64,000 nucleotides of DNA from the human T2T-CHM13v2.0 reference genome, Homo sapiens. The stretch lies in the NCBI RefSeq assembly GCF_009914755.1, contig NC_060937.1; one strand, 5' to 3'. Of this stretch, positions 46,698 to 59,931 are shown in pieces (position 1 is the stretch's first letter; each line of letters starts with the position of its first letter). Both the position numbers and the translations under genes were made by a program. Under the pieces are notes generated by a model. The model had not been told where the DNA came from. It was given only the letters and a program-made list of their open reading frames with translations, and ran no database searches.

Positions 46698-48110
46698 GGT
46701 TTGCTTTTTGTTTGTTGAATTGTTTAAGTTCCTTATAGATTCTGGATATCAGACCTTTGTTGAATGCAAAGTTTGTTTCTTTTGCTGTGAAGAAGCACCT
46801 TAGTTTAATTAGGTCCTAATTGTCAAATTTTGTTTTTATTGTAATTGCATTTGGGAACTGAGTCATAAATTCTTCACCAAGGCTGATGTCCAGAATGGTA
46901 TATCCTAGGTTTTCTTCTAAGGGTTTTATTGCTTAAGGGCTTACATTTAAGTCTTTAATCCATCTTGTGTTAATTTTTGTATATACTGAAAGGAAGCGGT
47001 CCTGTTTCAATCTTCTGCATATGGCTAGCCAATTATCCCTGAACCATTTCTTGAACAGGGAGTCCTTTTCCCGCTGTTTGTTACTGTTGACTTTGTTGAA
47101 GATCAGGTGGTTGTAGGCGAGTGGTTTTATTTCTGGGTTCTCTTTTCTGTTCTTTTGGTCTATGTCTCTGTTTTTGTGCCAGTAACATGCTGTTTGCTTA
47201 CTGTAGCCTTGTAGTATAGTTTGAAGTTGGATAATGTGATGTCTCCAGCTTCGTTCTATAACCCTATTAAAAAATGGGCAAAGGGCATGAATAGACACTT
47301 CCGAAAAGAAGACATATATGTGGCCCACAAATATATGAGAAAATGCTCATTATCACTAATCATTAGAGAAATGCAAATCAAAACCACAGTGAGATACCAT
47401 CTCATGCCAGGCAGCATGGCAATTATTAAAAAGTCAAAAAAGAACAGATGCTGGTGAGGCTGTGGGGAAAAAAGAACAATTATACACTACTGGTAAGAAT
47501 GTAAATTAGTTCAGCCACTGTGAAAAGCAGCGTGTATATTTCTCAAAGAACTTAAAACAGAACTACTATTTGACCCAGCAATCCTACTACTGGGTATACA
47601 CCCAAAGGAAAATAAATCGTTCTACCAAAAGGTACCTGCACTCATATGTTCATTGAAGCCATATTCACAATAGCAAAGCCGTGGAATTAACCAAGATGCC
47701 CATCAACAGTGGACTGGATAAAGAAAATGTGGTTCATATACACCATGGAATATGATGCAGCCATAGAAAAGAATGAAATCATGTCCTTTGCAGCAACATA
47801 GATACAGCTGGAGGCCATTATCTTAAATGAACTAATGTAGGAACAGAAAACCAAATAATGCATGTTCTCACTTATAAGTGGGAGCTAAACGTTGACAGCA
47901 CATGGACACAAGGATGGGAACAATAGACACTGGGAATTGCTTGAAGAAAGAGATTAGAGGGGGGCATGGATTGGAAGGCTAGTTATTGGGTACTATGTTC
48001 ACTACCTGAATGACAGGCTCATTCATATGCTAAGCCCCAGTGAAACACAACTTACCCATGTAACAAACCTGGACATGTAACACCTAAATCTAAAATAAAA
48101 GTGGAGGAAA
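46698..48110 (+). mobile_element. 5'-inverted (twin-primed) truncated L1, L1PA15/16-like; 46698-47257 inverted, 47258-48110 sense
   Basis: Antisense ORF2 switches to sense at ...GCTTCGTTCT|ATAACCCTATTAAAAAATGGGC. One TSD pair, AAAACATTATTTCAATG (46681-46697) / AAAAATTTATTTCAGTG (48111-48127), encloses both parts. Confidence 0.9.
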
Positions 48111-49279
48111 AAAAATTTATTTCAGTGCAGAGTGTCATATACTACTGAGATAGGGAAAAATCCTGAAAAATATCAGCATCTGCATTTCTGGATATGAGGC
48201 TTAAAGCATTAATTTCTATGGCAAAAAAATATTTTTAATAGACAATTTCAAGCATACACAAAAGACAAAAGTACAATATGAACTTCATTATAGCCATAAC
48301 CCAGATTCCCGAATTAGCAAGGTTTTGCCATTTGGGCTTCCTCTGTCATTCTTTTCTTCTCTCCCCTCCTCCTTCCTGACCTTTCTTCCTTCCTTTGCTT
48401 TACTGAGGAATTTCAAAGCAAATCTCAGATCTCATTCCATTTCACTCCTACGTACTCCAGTATGCATCTATACAACATGCAAACTTTTTCCTATATAATC
48501 TTAATGCCATTATCACATATAATAAATGCAAACGTAATATTTTTGTTATGATTTAGTAATAAGTTCATACTAAATTTCCCAGACTTTCTAAAAATATCTT
48601 TTTACGTTTGATATGTTTGAATCAGAATTCAATGTTCACAAATCACATTTGATTGTTTTAGTTCTTTACCTACCTTGATCCTTTTCTCTTTTTTTTTTCA
48701 TGCAATCGACTTACCACTGACACTGGATTAGTTGTTTTCTTGTAGAATTTCCCACAGCTTGGATTTGTTTGATTGCTTCCTTGTGTGTCATTTAATTTGC
48801 TCTTTTATGTCCCATAATTTCTATAAATAGAAGCCAGCTCTAGACTTTTAAGGAGTCTAGGTGTATATATTTTTTTTCAGCTGGAGTACTTAGTAGAAGA
48901 TTCTGTGGGATTCATATTATACCAGATAAGGAGGAACTAGGTTTTTGATTTTCTGCTTTTAACAGAACAGCCAGAATTGTTTATTGGAATGTTTCAATCT
49001 ACTTTTATATAGTGATTGTATCCACTGATGATTATTGCTGGAATCCATTATCTCATTGAGGCTTGCATGATGGTGGTTTCTAATTGTATTTTTCCTACTA
49101 CATGTGTTAGCCACAATTTATCTAAAAATATAACTTCCTTACATCATTTAGGACTATTTGGTTGCCCTGAAATACAATTTATACAGACAAGCAAGATAAA
49201 TGACTATTTCTTTTTCTACAAATTGTCAGTGTTCATAGTAACTAATGCCCTAGTTATCTCTAATAGTGATGAGTGGGGC

Positions 49280-49683
49280 TAATATGGTTTGGATCTGTGA
49301 TCTCCCATCCAAATCTCATGTTCAGTTGTAATCTCCAATGTTGGAGGTGGGGCCCAGTGGTAAATAATTGGATCATGTGGGAAGATTTTTCATAAATGGT
49401 TTAGTATTGTCCTCTTGGTACTGTCCTCATGATAGTGAGTAAGTGAGTGCTTGTGAGATCTGGTCATTTGTAAGTGCATAATACCTTCCCCCTTGCTCTC
49501 TTGCTCCTCCTGCTCTGGCCATGTGAGGTGCCTGCTCCCCCTTTACCTACCACAGTGATTGTAAGTTTCTGGGGCCTCCTCTGAAGCTAAGCAGATGGCA
49601 GCATCATGCTTCCTATAGCCTGCAGAACTGTGAGCCAATTAAACCTCTTTTCCTTATAAATTACCCAGTCTCAGGTATTTTTT
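49280..49683 (+). mobile_element. MSTA-like MaLR LTR lacking its last ~25 bp
   Basis: ATATGGTTTGGATCTGTG...CCAAATCTCATGTT...TGCAGAACTGTGAGCCAATTAAACCTCTTTTCCTTATAAATTACCCAGTCTCAGGTATTT. Confidence 0.88.
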
Positions 49684-51310
49684 CATTCTCTCTTGTCATT
49701 ATTAAGTCAAAGATTTTGATATATTCACATATGTAAATGAAATGTAGCCATAACTTTAGGTTTACACAAAAAAATTGCAGAGAATTCCCATATACTCCAT
49801 ACACAATTCTCCCTATTATTAACATCTTACATTAATGTGGATCATTTACCACGATTAATGAAACACTATTGATTCATTATTATTAATTAAAATGCATATT
49901 TTATTCATATTTCCTTAGTTTTTACCTGATACCCTTTTTCTGTTCTAGGATCCCATCCAGGATACCACATAACATTTGGTTGTGATGTCTCTCCTTAAGC
50001 TCCCCTGGGCTGTAAGAGTTTTTTAGACTTGTTTTTGATAATCTTAACAGAGTGCTGGTCAGATATTCTGTAAATGTTCCCCAGTGGAATTTGTCTAATA
50101 TCCTTTTCATGATTATACTGAGATTATGGATTTCTGAGAGGAAGACCAAAGTGGAAAATTCCATTTCATCACATCTTATCAAGGATACATGCAATCAACA
50201 TAACTGATCACTGTTGATGTCCTTGATCACCTGGTGGATGCAGTGTTTTTTAGATTTCTGCAGTGTAAAGTCACTCTTTTTTTCTGCCTTTCCATATTGT
50301 ATTCTGTGGAAGGAATTCACCATATGCCATCCACATTTAATGGTAGAGTATTACAAAATTATCTAGAATTCTTTCGCATGGGAGATTTGTCTCTATTTTT
50401 TGATCATTTATTTCAGTAAAGACTAATGTATTTATTTCAGATTTTAGGTTATAATCAATCACTACTTTATCTTATTGCTTAAATAGTTCCAACTTTGACT
50501 TTTGGGAGCTCTTTCAGTGAGTTCCTGTGTCTATTTGACATACTCCTATTGCTGTGAATTTTTGTTTGTTTGTTTGTTTGTGAACATTGCCTTACCTTCT
50601 GGCACTACTAGATGCTCCAGGCTCATCTTATAAAGTTCCTTCCTTAGTTCTGAATAAGCTCTTTCTCTAAGGAGCTCTGGTTGCTTTTTTTTTTAGAAAA
50701 CGGTATTAGAAACCAAGATCTAGGTGCTAGGTATGTTCATTGCTGCTGGAATTATTGCTTTTAAGCTCTTAATTCATTTTGATTCTCCAATTTTTCTATC
50801 TCAGTCCAAAGAAAGCCTCTTTAAGTTGGCTTTAGTGTTATTCTTAAATAATTCCACAGGACTTTAATTGCTTCCTTCTTTTCCTGCCCCAAAAAAAGGC
50901 TCCCAGGCTCAGTTGGTATATTTTTTCAGATCTAGAATTAGCTATTGGTCCTATTGTGGGAAATGATATTTAGGCACCAAAATCTAGGGGCCAGTAAAAG
51001 AAATTGGGCCAGAATTTATTTTACTGGGTTCTTATTGCTTCTTACAGTGAACATATTTAAGAAATACATATTTTTGAAAAAAAAAACACATGTTCATGCT
51101 GATTTTTCTAATTTCTTTAATTTTATACTTTTATTTCTTTTCTAACACAATGAAATTCTTAGTTTTCAGTGTAAGAGAAATATATGTGTATTGAGTATAG
51201 TTAGTATATATAAAAAATTATATATATATAGTACGTCTATACATATGTGTGTATGTATTTTTATATATAATCTTAGGGTGTTAGTACCAAAATTACTATC
51301 GGTACTATTA

Positions 51311-51345
51311 CAAAGAAACTGAAATTACTTTTGCACCAACCTAAT
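51311..51345. mobile_element. Solitary MADE1/Hsmar1 terminal inverted repeat
   Basis: AATTACTTTTGCACCAACCTAA matches the MADE1 terminus also seen at 1044-1063; no partner arm. Confidence 0.75.
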
Positions 51346-52175
51346 GCTAACAATAAAATTACTGAACAAAGTTTCACATATTTTTACAGCTCTATTTGTC
51401 TTCAGAAAATATTCCAATGTGGAGATGTAATCAAATATTGTATTCTAATGTCACGTGATTGTTTTCTTTGTTATATTGTTTTATTAATTTTGTATACAAC
51501 TACATTTATTTATTTTTACTTATTTTTAGAGAAAGCTCTTTTAAATTTTAAAAATATACACATTATTTACATGATTCCCAAGCTGAAACTGTGTAGCAAG
51601 GTATATCCAAAGAAATCTTTGTATTCCTGTACCCTTCACGTTGTTTCTTCTCTCACGGCATAGGTAACCATTTGTATTTGTTTGTTTTTGGTTTTCCTTC
51701 CAACGTTTTCTTTATCAAATTTTCTGCACCTTGCTTTATTTTAACTTAAAAATATATCTCAGCAATTACTCCATGGTAATAAGAAACCTCCTTATTCCTT
51801 TTATACATTGTATAATATTTCCTTGTGTGTTGTGTCTATGCCATAATTTATTCAACCAATCCTCTATTGATAGGTGTTTGGATTTTCTCCAATCTTTTAC
51901 CATCACAAATAATGTCTTGATGAATAATCTCGTGCATTTGTCACTCTATATCATTGCTAGTGTGGTTTTTTTCTCTTTTGTAAAGCAGGGATAACAAAAG
52001 TACTTTGTAGATTTGTTTAGAGCATAAAATGTGATGTGGTGTATGGTATGTTTGGTGTAATGTCTGGCACATGGTCATTGCAGCTGCAAATACAATTATT
52101 ATTAAGTTTAAAGTGCTACAATTCCTGTTTTAGGGTATTGTGGAAACACATTAGAGAGATGTTTAATCCCAACTC

Positions 52176-52197
52176 TGTGTGTGTGTGTGTGTGTGTG
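52176..52197. repeat. (TG)11 microsatellite
   Basis: Direct observation. Confidence 0.95.
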
Positions 52198-52229
52198 TTG
52201 GACACAATGAGTGTGAGTAGGAGTGGGGA

Positions 52230-53330
52230 AGGTTAGATAGAAACAAATGACACCTCAGCTGAGGCTTGAAGGTGAACAGATTTTTTGGATCAGGGGAGGA
52301 CGTTCCATGCAAAAGAAGCATATTGGACGGTCAGATCAGGAGAAAGAACAGATAATTTTGAGAACTTCAAGAAAAACTTAGGTTATAAAGGAGAGGAATG
52401 GTGACTGATGATGTAAAGGTAAGCAAGTGGTTGGTACTGGAGGGATATTTTCTGCTCCTCAAATACTTAATTCTGAAGGTTATGGAGAATTAGTAAAGGA
52501 TTTTATGCCAAGAAAGGACATGACAAAATTTTTATTTTACAAAACTCATGCCAGCATTTCCTCTGTCATGCAGGAAATTCAGGCAAGAAATACGAGGAAC
52601 TAAACTATGGCAGTGACTGTGGACATGGAAAAATTATCCCCAGCTCACTCTTGGGACTCTTTCATCTCTGACTTTAGGACTCCAGCCTCTCCCAGTTCTC
52701 CATTTTTTAAAAAATTTCTTTGCTTATTCTTCCAGCAACTGTCCTTTAAGGAAGTCACTTCCTAAGACTTGATTTGAAGTCTCTTTCTAGCTCTATACTC
52801 TTTTGGGGTGCTCTCATTTACTCTCATGGTTTCAAATGTTACCTCTATGCAGTTGACTTGCATATCTGCATCTCTATTTCTAACCTAACTCTTTCTAGAA
52901 TTCCAGATTCATATATCCAACTGTTAGCTAAACATTTCCAGTTGTATTTCCTCTAAACACTTTGAACTTAGCATTTTTCAAACCAACATCATCTCCTCTC
53001 CTCCCCTCTCCTCTGGCCACTCCCCCAAACACAAACCTTGTCTTTTTGGTTTCCTTCGTCATTACCTGCTTTACATTGTCATTGAAACAAGAGCATTCCT
53101 TATATCTTATCCATATACCTCACAGACATCTGTGCCTCCGGTGCTGTCTCATCTGTGGTCTGAGTCTAACTTTTCTATCTATTTCCTCTAACACAGCCTT
53201 GGCTCTGGCCTTCATCACTCCTCAATTGTACTACTAATTTTCATAACTTCAATGGTTTCTCCTCCTTAATCTTTTCCCTCCCTCTACTTATCTTTTACTA
53301 CCAGAATGGTGCTTCCAAAATCTGCAATGG
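52230..53330. mobile_element. L2 relics in both orientations
   Basis: GACACCTCAGCTGAGGCTTGAAGG (antisense) and TACTCTCATGGTTTCAAATGTTACCTCTATGCAGTTGAC...CCAGATTCATATATCCAACTG (sense). Confidence 0.55.
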
Positions 53331-54250
53331 ATTCTGATTGTCTTCAGAATACAGGCCATGGTCCTGTGGTGAGACATTCGGAACTCTGTGGCTGCCCATC
53401 AATCTACCTTCAAACTCTGAGCTGCCACCATACTCCATGAACATCAGGAGGCTCAACAAACATTCCTTGTGTTTTCCTTCAAGCCTCTTCTTGCATGATT
53501 CCTTGGGTGACAGTACCATTCTTCCTATTATTTCCTCTCCAAGTCCTCTTTACCTTTCAAGTCCCAGCTCTTACGTCCCCTCCCCAGTGAAGCCCTCTTT
53601 GAACCAGTCTCTTACCAGTCTCTTACCAGCGTTTGGCATAAATTGACCCCTTTCTCCTCTGAACTGCAAATCATTTATAAGAACCTTGACTTTGCCAACT
53701 ATGGCTATAATTGTCCTCCCTGTACTTGATTGTATATGTGGGTATCCCTTACAAAACTATACATTCATAAAAACCTATCATCATCCCTTATATACGGTGG
53801 TGCTCAGAGTATCATCTTGAATTATTTAAATACAATCTCTTGTAATTCATTATCTTTAGGTCAAGAAGGTACAATCAGCATAATGAAATTGGTTAAATTC
53901 TGACAATTATGACCAAACATTTTAACACATTGTACTGAGTACTTAGTAGGAATCAAGCAACATGCCCAATGCTTTATAGATTTCATTTTCTTATTCATCC
54001 TGACTACCCTATGAGATAGTTTCTGCTATCATGTCCACTTTATCAAAGGGTAAATTAAGATTTAGGGACACTAATTAAATTGACAACATCATAAATCAGT
54101 AAAAGGAAGAAGTAGCATTCAAACCCAGCTGAAAAAGACCTGTGCCTTAGACACATCAGATGCTTTCCTGCTCCAACATTGTCGAATAGAAGAACTGGTG
54201 CATAGTGTGAGTTCAGAAAGTCATTAAATGTCAGTAACCTGGTATGAGTT

Positions 54251-55047
54251 TGATGGGGTTCAGAACATAGTACACCAAAATATGGCACGTCAGCATTTGA
54301 GAAAACAGTAGAAGCAGGAATATTATTCTCATCTTCCCTGTCCCTTCTCCCCTGAAACAGGTCATAAGACCCTCATTCTAGAGGTGCCCTTCCTATACCT
54401 GGAAGACACAGGGACACAAATAACACACAAGAACACAGGGACACAGATAATAATGTGAACAAATAGGCCTTGCTAAGTACCCCCAGCTTATTACCGTTGG
54501 ATCATACCCCCTTTGTTCAATCACACTTCTCCATGACTATCCATTTCTTCATCAAAACTGGCATTAAGCAGCTAGGCACAGTGGCTCATACCTGTAATCC
54601 CAGCATTGTGGGATGCTGAGGCAGGCAGATCACTTGAGTCCAAGAGCTTGAGACCAGCCTTGCCAACCTGATCAAACCCCATCTCAACTAAAAATACAAA
54701 AATTAGCCGGGATCGGTGGGGCATGCCTGTAGTCCTAGCTACTTGAGAGGCTCACACAGGAGAATCGTTTGGCCCCAGGAGGCGGAGGTTGCAGTGAGCC
54801 GAGATCGCACCACTGCACTCCAGCCTGGGTGACAGAGTGAGACTCTGTCTCAAAAAACAAAACACCAAAACTGGCATTAAAAATACAGTTTTTCCTATTT
54901 GTGTATTCAATTCTTATGGTTCCCATGTCACATAAAACTTATATTAAATAATTTTGTATAATTTTTCTCTCAATCTGTCTTTTGTTATAGGGACTTCAGC
55001 CATGAACTTGGTGATGAGCCAGAGAAGGTAACTTTTCATCCCCTACA
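54251..55047 (+). mobile_element. ERV1-class solo LTR (MER31-like) interrupted by an Alu
   Basis: TGATGGGGTTCAGAACA...CCAAAATATGGCAC...CTTCTCCCCTGAAACAGGTCATAAGACCCTCAT...; ends CCCCTACA, giving TG...CA termini. Confidence 0.7.
54570..54865 (+). mobile_element. Old Alu (AluJb/Sz-like)
   Basis: Full dimer. Perfect 15-bp TSD CAAAACTGGCATTAA (54553-54567 / 54866-54880). Confidence 0.92.
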
Positions 55048-56248
55048 AGACCTGTAAGTCCAAAACAAAATTTTGTGCATTTTCTGGCTAAGGACAATAA
55101 TTCCTGTAGTGGGAATATTAAAGACAAGTCTACGAATACCATAAAATGATAAAAAAAGTCAAACTTGGAAGAAAAGTTAGACAATTTGTTTATAAAGAAA
55201 TATTCTGAATTTCCAAGGGATTTCCTGTTACTTTTAATATTTACATTTTCTGAGATACTGTTAATATAATACTTAAAGAAGATGGAGTAGTAGCCCCAAG
55301 AGAGAAACTCCACAGACTTTAAATGTTGGTGCATTTATTCAGCAAACATATTAATAAATATCCATTCTGTACTAGGTGCTGTAAGAAGATACAAAGTGGG
55401 ATCAAATGTCTACATATTGCTTATAATCTAACAGCAGGGATAAGAAATATACTCAGCAGGTTACAAGAGCTAGTGATAACTCATCACTGCCTTAGAAGGG
55501 TTTCAGTTCCAGCTGCAATTTCCATAGGAATTCTATGGAGAGAGAGAAAACTCTCTATGTTACAGGGTATAAATAGATTTTTATTGAAGACAGCAACTGG
55601 TGGCAAAGTTATAGAAATACAGTTTTGCCAGGATCAGACTTACATCTCAAATAATTACTTTAAATCTCTTGAAAAAAAAATCATTTTGTAAACTTCAGTG
55701 TCAGTCAGTCAATCAATATGTCCAGTTTGGTTAGAATTGTATAAGAAAGTCATACATTTTTAAAACATTTCCACTATTCCGATAAATTACAAATGATGAG
55801 GACTGCCAATAAGAAGCATCTAATTATGTTCAAAACAAAAACCTTAACTTGATCTGGTTTGCAAGTACTTTCTGAGGTAGTATGGATACTGCCTGGTGTT
55901 CAATAAAAGGAACATACTGTCTTGTTGAACTGAGAGCAATTTTGTGTTCCGCCTTCTACCCTGCCAAGAACTAGCTGTTCTTGAGACTTAGCACAAGTCC
56001 TTCAATCTCTTTTTTTAAGCCGAGTAGCTAGGTGATCTTTAAAATCTCCTCTGTCAGTCAAATTATTTCATTTAATATCACCTTATTTAAGCCCATGCTA
56101 ACAAAAAAATAGTGAAGAGTTCTCTAATTTGTGCAAGTCTATATAAAAGCTAATCATTGTGTGACAAAAAGAAATAAAATGCTTCCATTCTTAAAGTCAG
56201 ACCATACCTTCCTGTGGCTAATTTGGGCTTTGGGCAGCCATAAGAATA

Positions 56249-56560
56249 GGCCTGCTTATGCCTGCAATCCCAGCACTTTGGGTGGTCAAGGCGGGAGGAT
56301 TACTTGAGGCCAGGAGTTTGAGACCAGCCTGGGCTACACAGCAAGCATAGTGAGACCTTGTCTCTACAAAAAAAAATAACAAAAAAAAGAGCCCATCATA
56401 ATGTAGTCCCAGCCACTTGGGAGGCTGAGGTGGGAGGATCACTTGAGCTCAGGAGTTTGAGGCTGCAGTGAGCTATGATCATGCTAATGTGTTCCAACTT
56501 GGGCAATAAAGCAAGAATCTGTCTCTAAAAAAAAAAAAGAAAAGAAAAGAAAAAGAAAAG
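56249..56560 (+). mobile_element. AluJ
   Basis: GGAGGATTACTTGAGGCCAGGAGTTTGAGACC and GAGGTGGGAGGATCACTTGAGCTCAGGAGTTTGAGGCTGCAGTGAGCTATGAT; A/(GAAAA)n tail. Confidence 0.9.
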
Positions 56561-56594
56561 AGCTTTATTTCAGAAATGAATAAATAGAACAGAA

Positions 56595-56720
56595 TTTATT
56601 CATCTAACAAATATTTATTGAGCACTTACTATGTACCAGACACCATGTCAGGTGCTGAGGAACACGGTAGTGCACAAAGTCTCTGCCCTTGGCGAGCTTC
56701 TAGTCTAGAGGAGGGAAGTT
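56595..56720 (-). mobile_element. L2 3' end
   Basis: TTTATTCATCTAACAAATATTTATTGAGCACTTACTATGTACCAGACACC. Confidence 0.8.
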
Positions 56721-57039
56721 AAGTAAATGAATGTATTAGGATGCTGCAGTGGGGCTTTTATGTCCTTGTGTCTTGTCTCAAAGGTGATAAGGACATAAGA
56801 ACTGCCAAGTAACTCTATGTCCCTAAGGAAGGACACGTAGCAGATGCCAAGGGTAAACACTTCCAGCCTATAAAACGGTGGAAATTTGAGAGAGAGCAAG
56901 AGCAAGAGCCAGAATGAGAGTGTGTACATGAAGAGAAAGGGAGAATGAGAATCCCTAGGAAAAAGTTTTCAGGAGCTTTAAGAGAGCCAACTGGAAGGCT
57001 TGACAAATGTGTTCTGGAAGTGGAGGACTACTGTTGCCT

Positions 57040-57400
57040 CCTGCCAGCAGACTAGCGGTAGGGGTGCCCCCGCCTGGTATCAAAGAAAAATGGCGGTCCT
57101 GGAAGAAGATTTGCAACCAAGGTGCTGGATAAGAGAGAGAGAGTTTCCTTGTGGGCCCAGTGGCGACAGAGCCCAAGCACACGGCCTGGAAGAACAGAAG
57201 GACCTCCAAGAGGCATGAGTGAGGTGGGTTGCTGGATGCCAACAGGCTGAGGGAGGAAAGCCTAAAGACAGCGCGAGGATTGGCACAATCTACCTTAGAA
57301 AGGCACAGATAGAGTTCCGCTTCTTCCTCCCCGCTAACAAACAAACAAACCCCAAACCCACAAGAAAGCATCCGGAAAGTAAGGGATGATTGTACCGTGC
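57040..57400. promoter_or_regulatory. Candidate cis-regulatory element (CpG-retaining patch with YY1/CCAAT/ETS/FOX-like motifs)
   Basis: 11 CpGs between 57056 and 57397. AAAATGGCGG at 57087-57096, GATTGGC at 57278-57284, AACAAACAAACA near 57336 and CCGGAAAGT at 57372-57380. Confidence 0.35.
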
Positions 57401-58889
57401 TCTCTGTTTAGAAGGAATCAAGAGCATATCATGACTGCATCTGCACCCTAAGCATGTGCTCTTTGCCCACAAACTATCTTCCACTTCTTTCATGCTGGCT
57501 GGTGAGGGTCCAGGAACTTGAGTTAGAACATGCTGGAGCAAGCTGGACACGCTGAGCTCTGCACTCAAGGCTTCCTTGCCTGCATCAGACCTGAGCTGCA
57601 GACAGCTTTAACTTGAAGGATCTTACAAATTGTACTTATTTCACTGGTCTAGCTATTTTGAAATCTGAAATGAGACTTTTCTAGTGAGGGGGCCAGAAAA
57701 GCTATGGGACTTGCCCATGATCCAAGAGGAAAAATACACAGAGAGAAGGCTTAGAACGACTATCTGTGAAACAATACAGTTGCTTCATGAGCATAAATCT
57801 TGTTCATTTAACAAAGATTGTCTCACATTAGTCACACAGACACACACTTCTATTATAAATGATCAAAAGGCATTATAGTGAAAATGTAATAATACATAAA
57901 AATGGGGGCTTAGGCCAGACATGCAGACCACTGCTTTAAGAAGCTGAATGTAATGAAGAAACTGAACATGGCTTTTCTTTCTCTTTCCCCTACCCCATCA
58001 CTTCCTGTTCTCTATTGCCTCATTTATTTCTATCATTTCCAGCACTTGGGGACATTTTTAGTTTAGTTTGATTACATTCAGTCCCACGGTGAGGCTGTGT
58101 AGAGATAAATATATCTGTAAGTCAGAAATATCGCAAACCCGAAGACGAATAATCGCATTGCCTTGTCATGTTTCTCTTAGTCAGAAAGTAGTGTCTGAAA
58201 ACTAAAGAATTACTCTTAATATACAGTTCTCTTCTAGGGACAGTATTTGATGTTAGATCTTTGGTAACGTTGTTTTGTGGGAAGGGATCTTTATCTTATG
58301 TATCACCTTCAAAGGAGAATAAATAAGAATGACCAAGTTGAAGAAAACTCAAGGTGAGAGGTTCCTTTTTCAATAACATTAAGTAGAAAATGACAGCATA
58401 TAGATACCAGTGTGTCTTCTTGTGGGTTTTGAAAAATTTAGAGTATTACAACAGGCATTTAATTGCCAAAATATATACAACTTTGATGCTCAACAATGAT
58501 TATGTTTATAATATTTACTAGAACCTTCAAGTGCCCTCTCAGATTGATCTTCTGCATTTATTCATCTTTTCTCACTTCCTCCAACCTCTGACAGTCATTG
58601 GAAGAGGTGTCTATCCTTGTGATCAAGGTCATTACCTCCCATGGCCTTAGGACTCCTCCATGACCTTTGCTCTATGGATAATTTCCTCTCTGTTCTACAG
58701 ACTCATTCTCTCTCTCATGGCTTGTGCTCAGCCTGTTAAAAAAAAGATTAAATCTCCGTGGGTCCTAATATTAGAACAAAAAACTTCCTTGACTTTGCAT
58801 CTCTGTGTGCCTACTATCTAACCATCCCTGTGTTAGCAATCATTTCCTAGCAGTCAAATTCAACAGACAATTTTCAGTTCATATTTTAC

Positions 58890-59290
58890 TTATGACAATA
58901 GTAGTTATAATAACACCCCCCCAAAATTTTAGAACCTTGGCAGAATAATTTATTTCTTGCTCACATCATAGTCTGACATGGGTGTTTTTTAGGTGAGGAT
59001 GGCTTTCCTCTGTGTGATGACTCAGGGACCCTCTCTCTTTCCTTATTGTTGCTCTGTCATGAGTTAGGATCTTGTAGTCCTCTGCTTCCAGCTCTTAGAA
59101 ATGGAATAAGAGGACAGAGGTGGCATACCTCTCTTTCAATTGCCTTGGTACTCACATTCTATTGATTGAAACTAGTAAAATGGCACCACCAAAATACACA
59201 TGAGGCTGGGGAATGTATTTCTTGCTGGGTCAGTGGCAACTTTTTACTAAAGAAGGAGAAGCATAAATTTTCAATGAAGAAGTGGCTGTT
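58890..59290 (-). mobile_element. MLT1 (J/K-like) LTR relic
   Basis: TTTATTTCTTGCTCACATC...TGACTCAGGGACCC...CTCACATTCTATTG...GAGGCTGGGGAATGTA. Confidence 0.55.
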
Positions 59291-59931
59291 GGCCGCTATC
59301 TATTCTTGAAACTGTCTACCCTTTTACATCATTTTACAGAACTCTTTCCTGTCTCTCCTTTTACCTTTCTGACAATGCAGCATCTTCTTTCTATTCCTTC
59401 CTCTCACACTTCACTGCGTGTCAGAACTCTCTATGATTTCCATCCTATTCTGCCCTCTCCACACAAGCTTTTATAGATTCAACTAAAATCTGCATACTGA
59501 TTGCTCACAAATTTCTATCTCCAGCCAACTTCTCCCTGGAACTTCAAACTATGTATTAAATATTTTTTTTGGACACATCTGCTGGAAAACCAATAGTCTC
59601 CTTGAATTTGCTGTGTCTGAAACTAAACTCTTTATCTTATCTCACTCTCATCTTCAAACGGAATCCTGCTTCTGCATTAACTAGTTAATAACATTACCAT
59701 ATATTTAGTCAACCAATATAGAAATCTGGGAGTCATCCTAAAATACTGTTTGTTTTTCACAATTCTCTCCCTTCCTATGCCCCACTTCCCATTAAAAATC
59801 AACCTCTAAATAGCATTCTTTTGAAGTATTTTACAAACTATTTCATCCACTGTTTCAAGAACCTTATTTTATGTTAATAAAATGGTTATTTATTATATTC
59901 CTCTTTATGATACAAAAGCAGATGCATATAC

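Larger units (their letters stand above)
48230..51960 (-). mobile_element. Cluster of ancient L1M (MC/MD/ME-like) 3' fragments
   Basis: CTCCCTATTATTAACATCTTACATTA, TTCTAGGATCCCATCCAGGATACCACAT, TCTGGCACTACTAGATGCTCCAGGCTCATCTT and GTATTAGAAACCAAGATCTAGGTGCTAGG. Boundaries are approximate. Confidence 0.65.

Noticed and set aside
56955-57371. 138-aa minus-strand ORF and overlapping short ORFs
   Set aside because: No recognisable protein family; expected from locally higher GC content.
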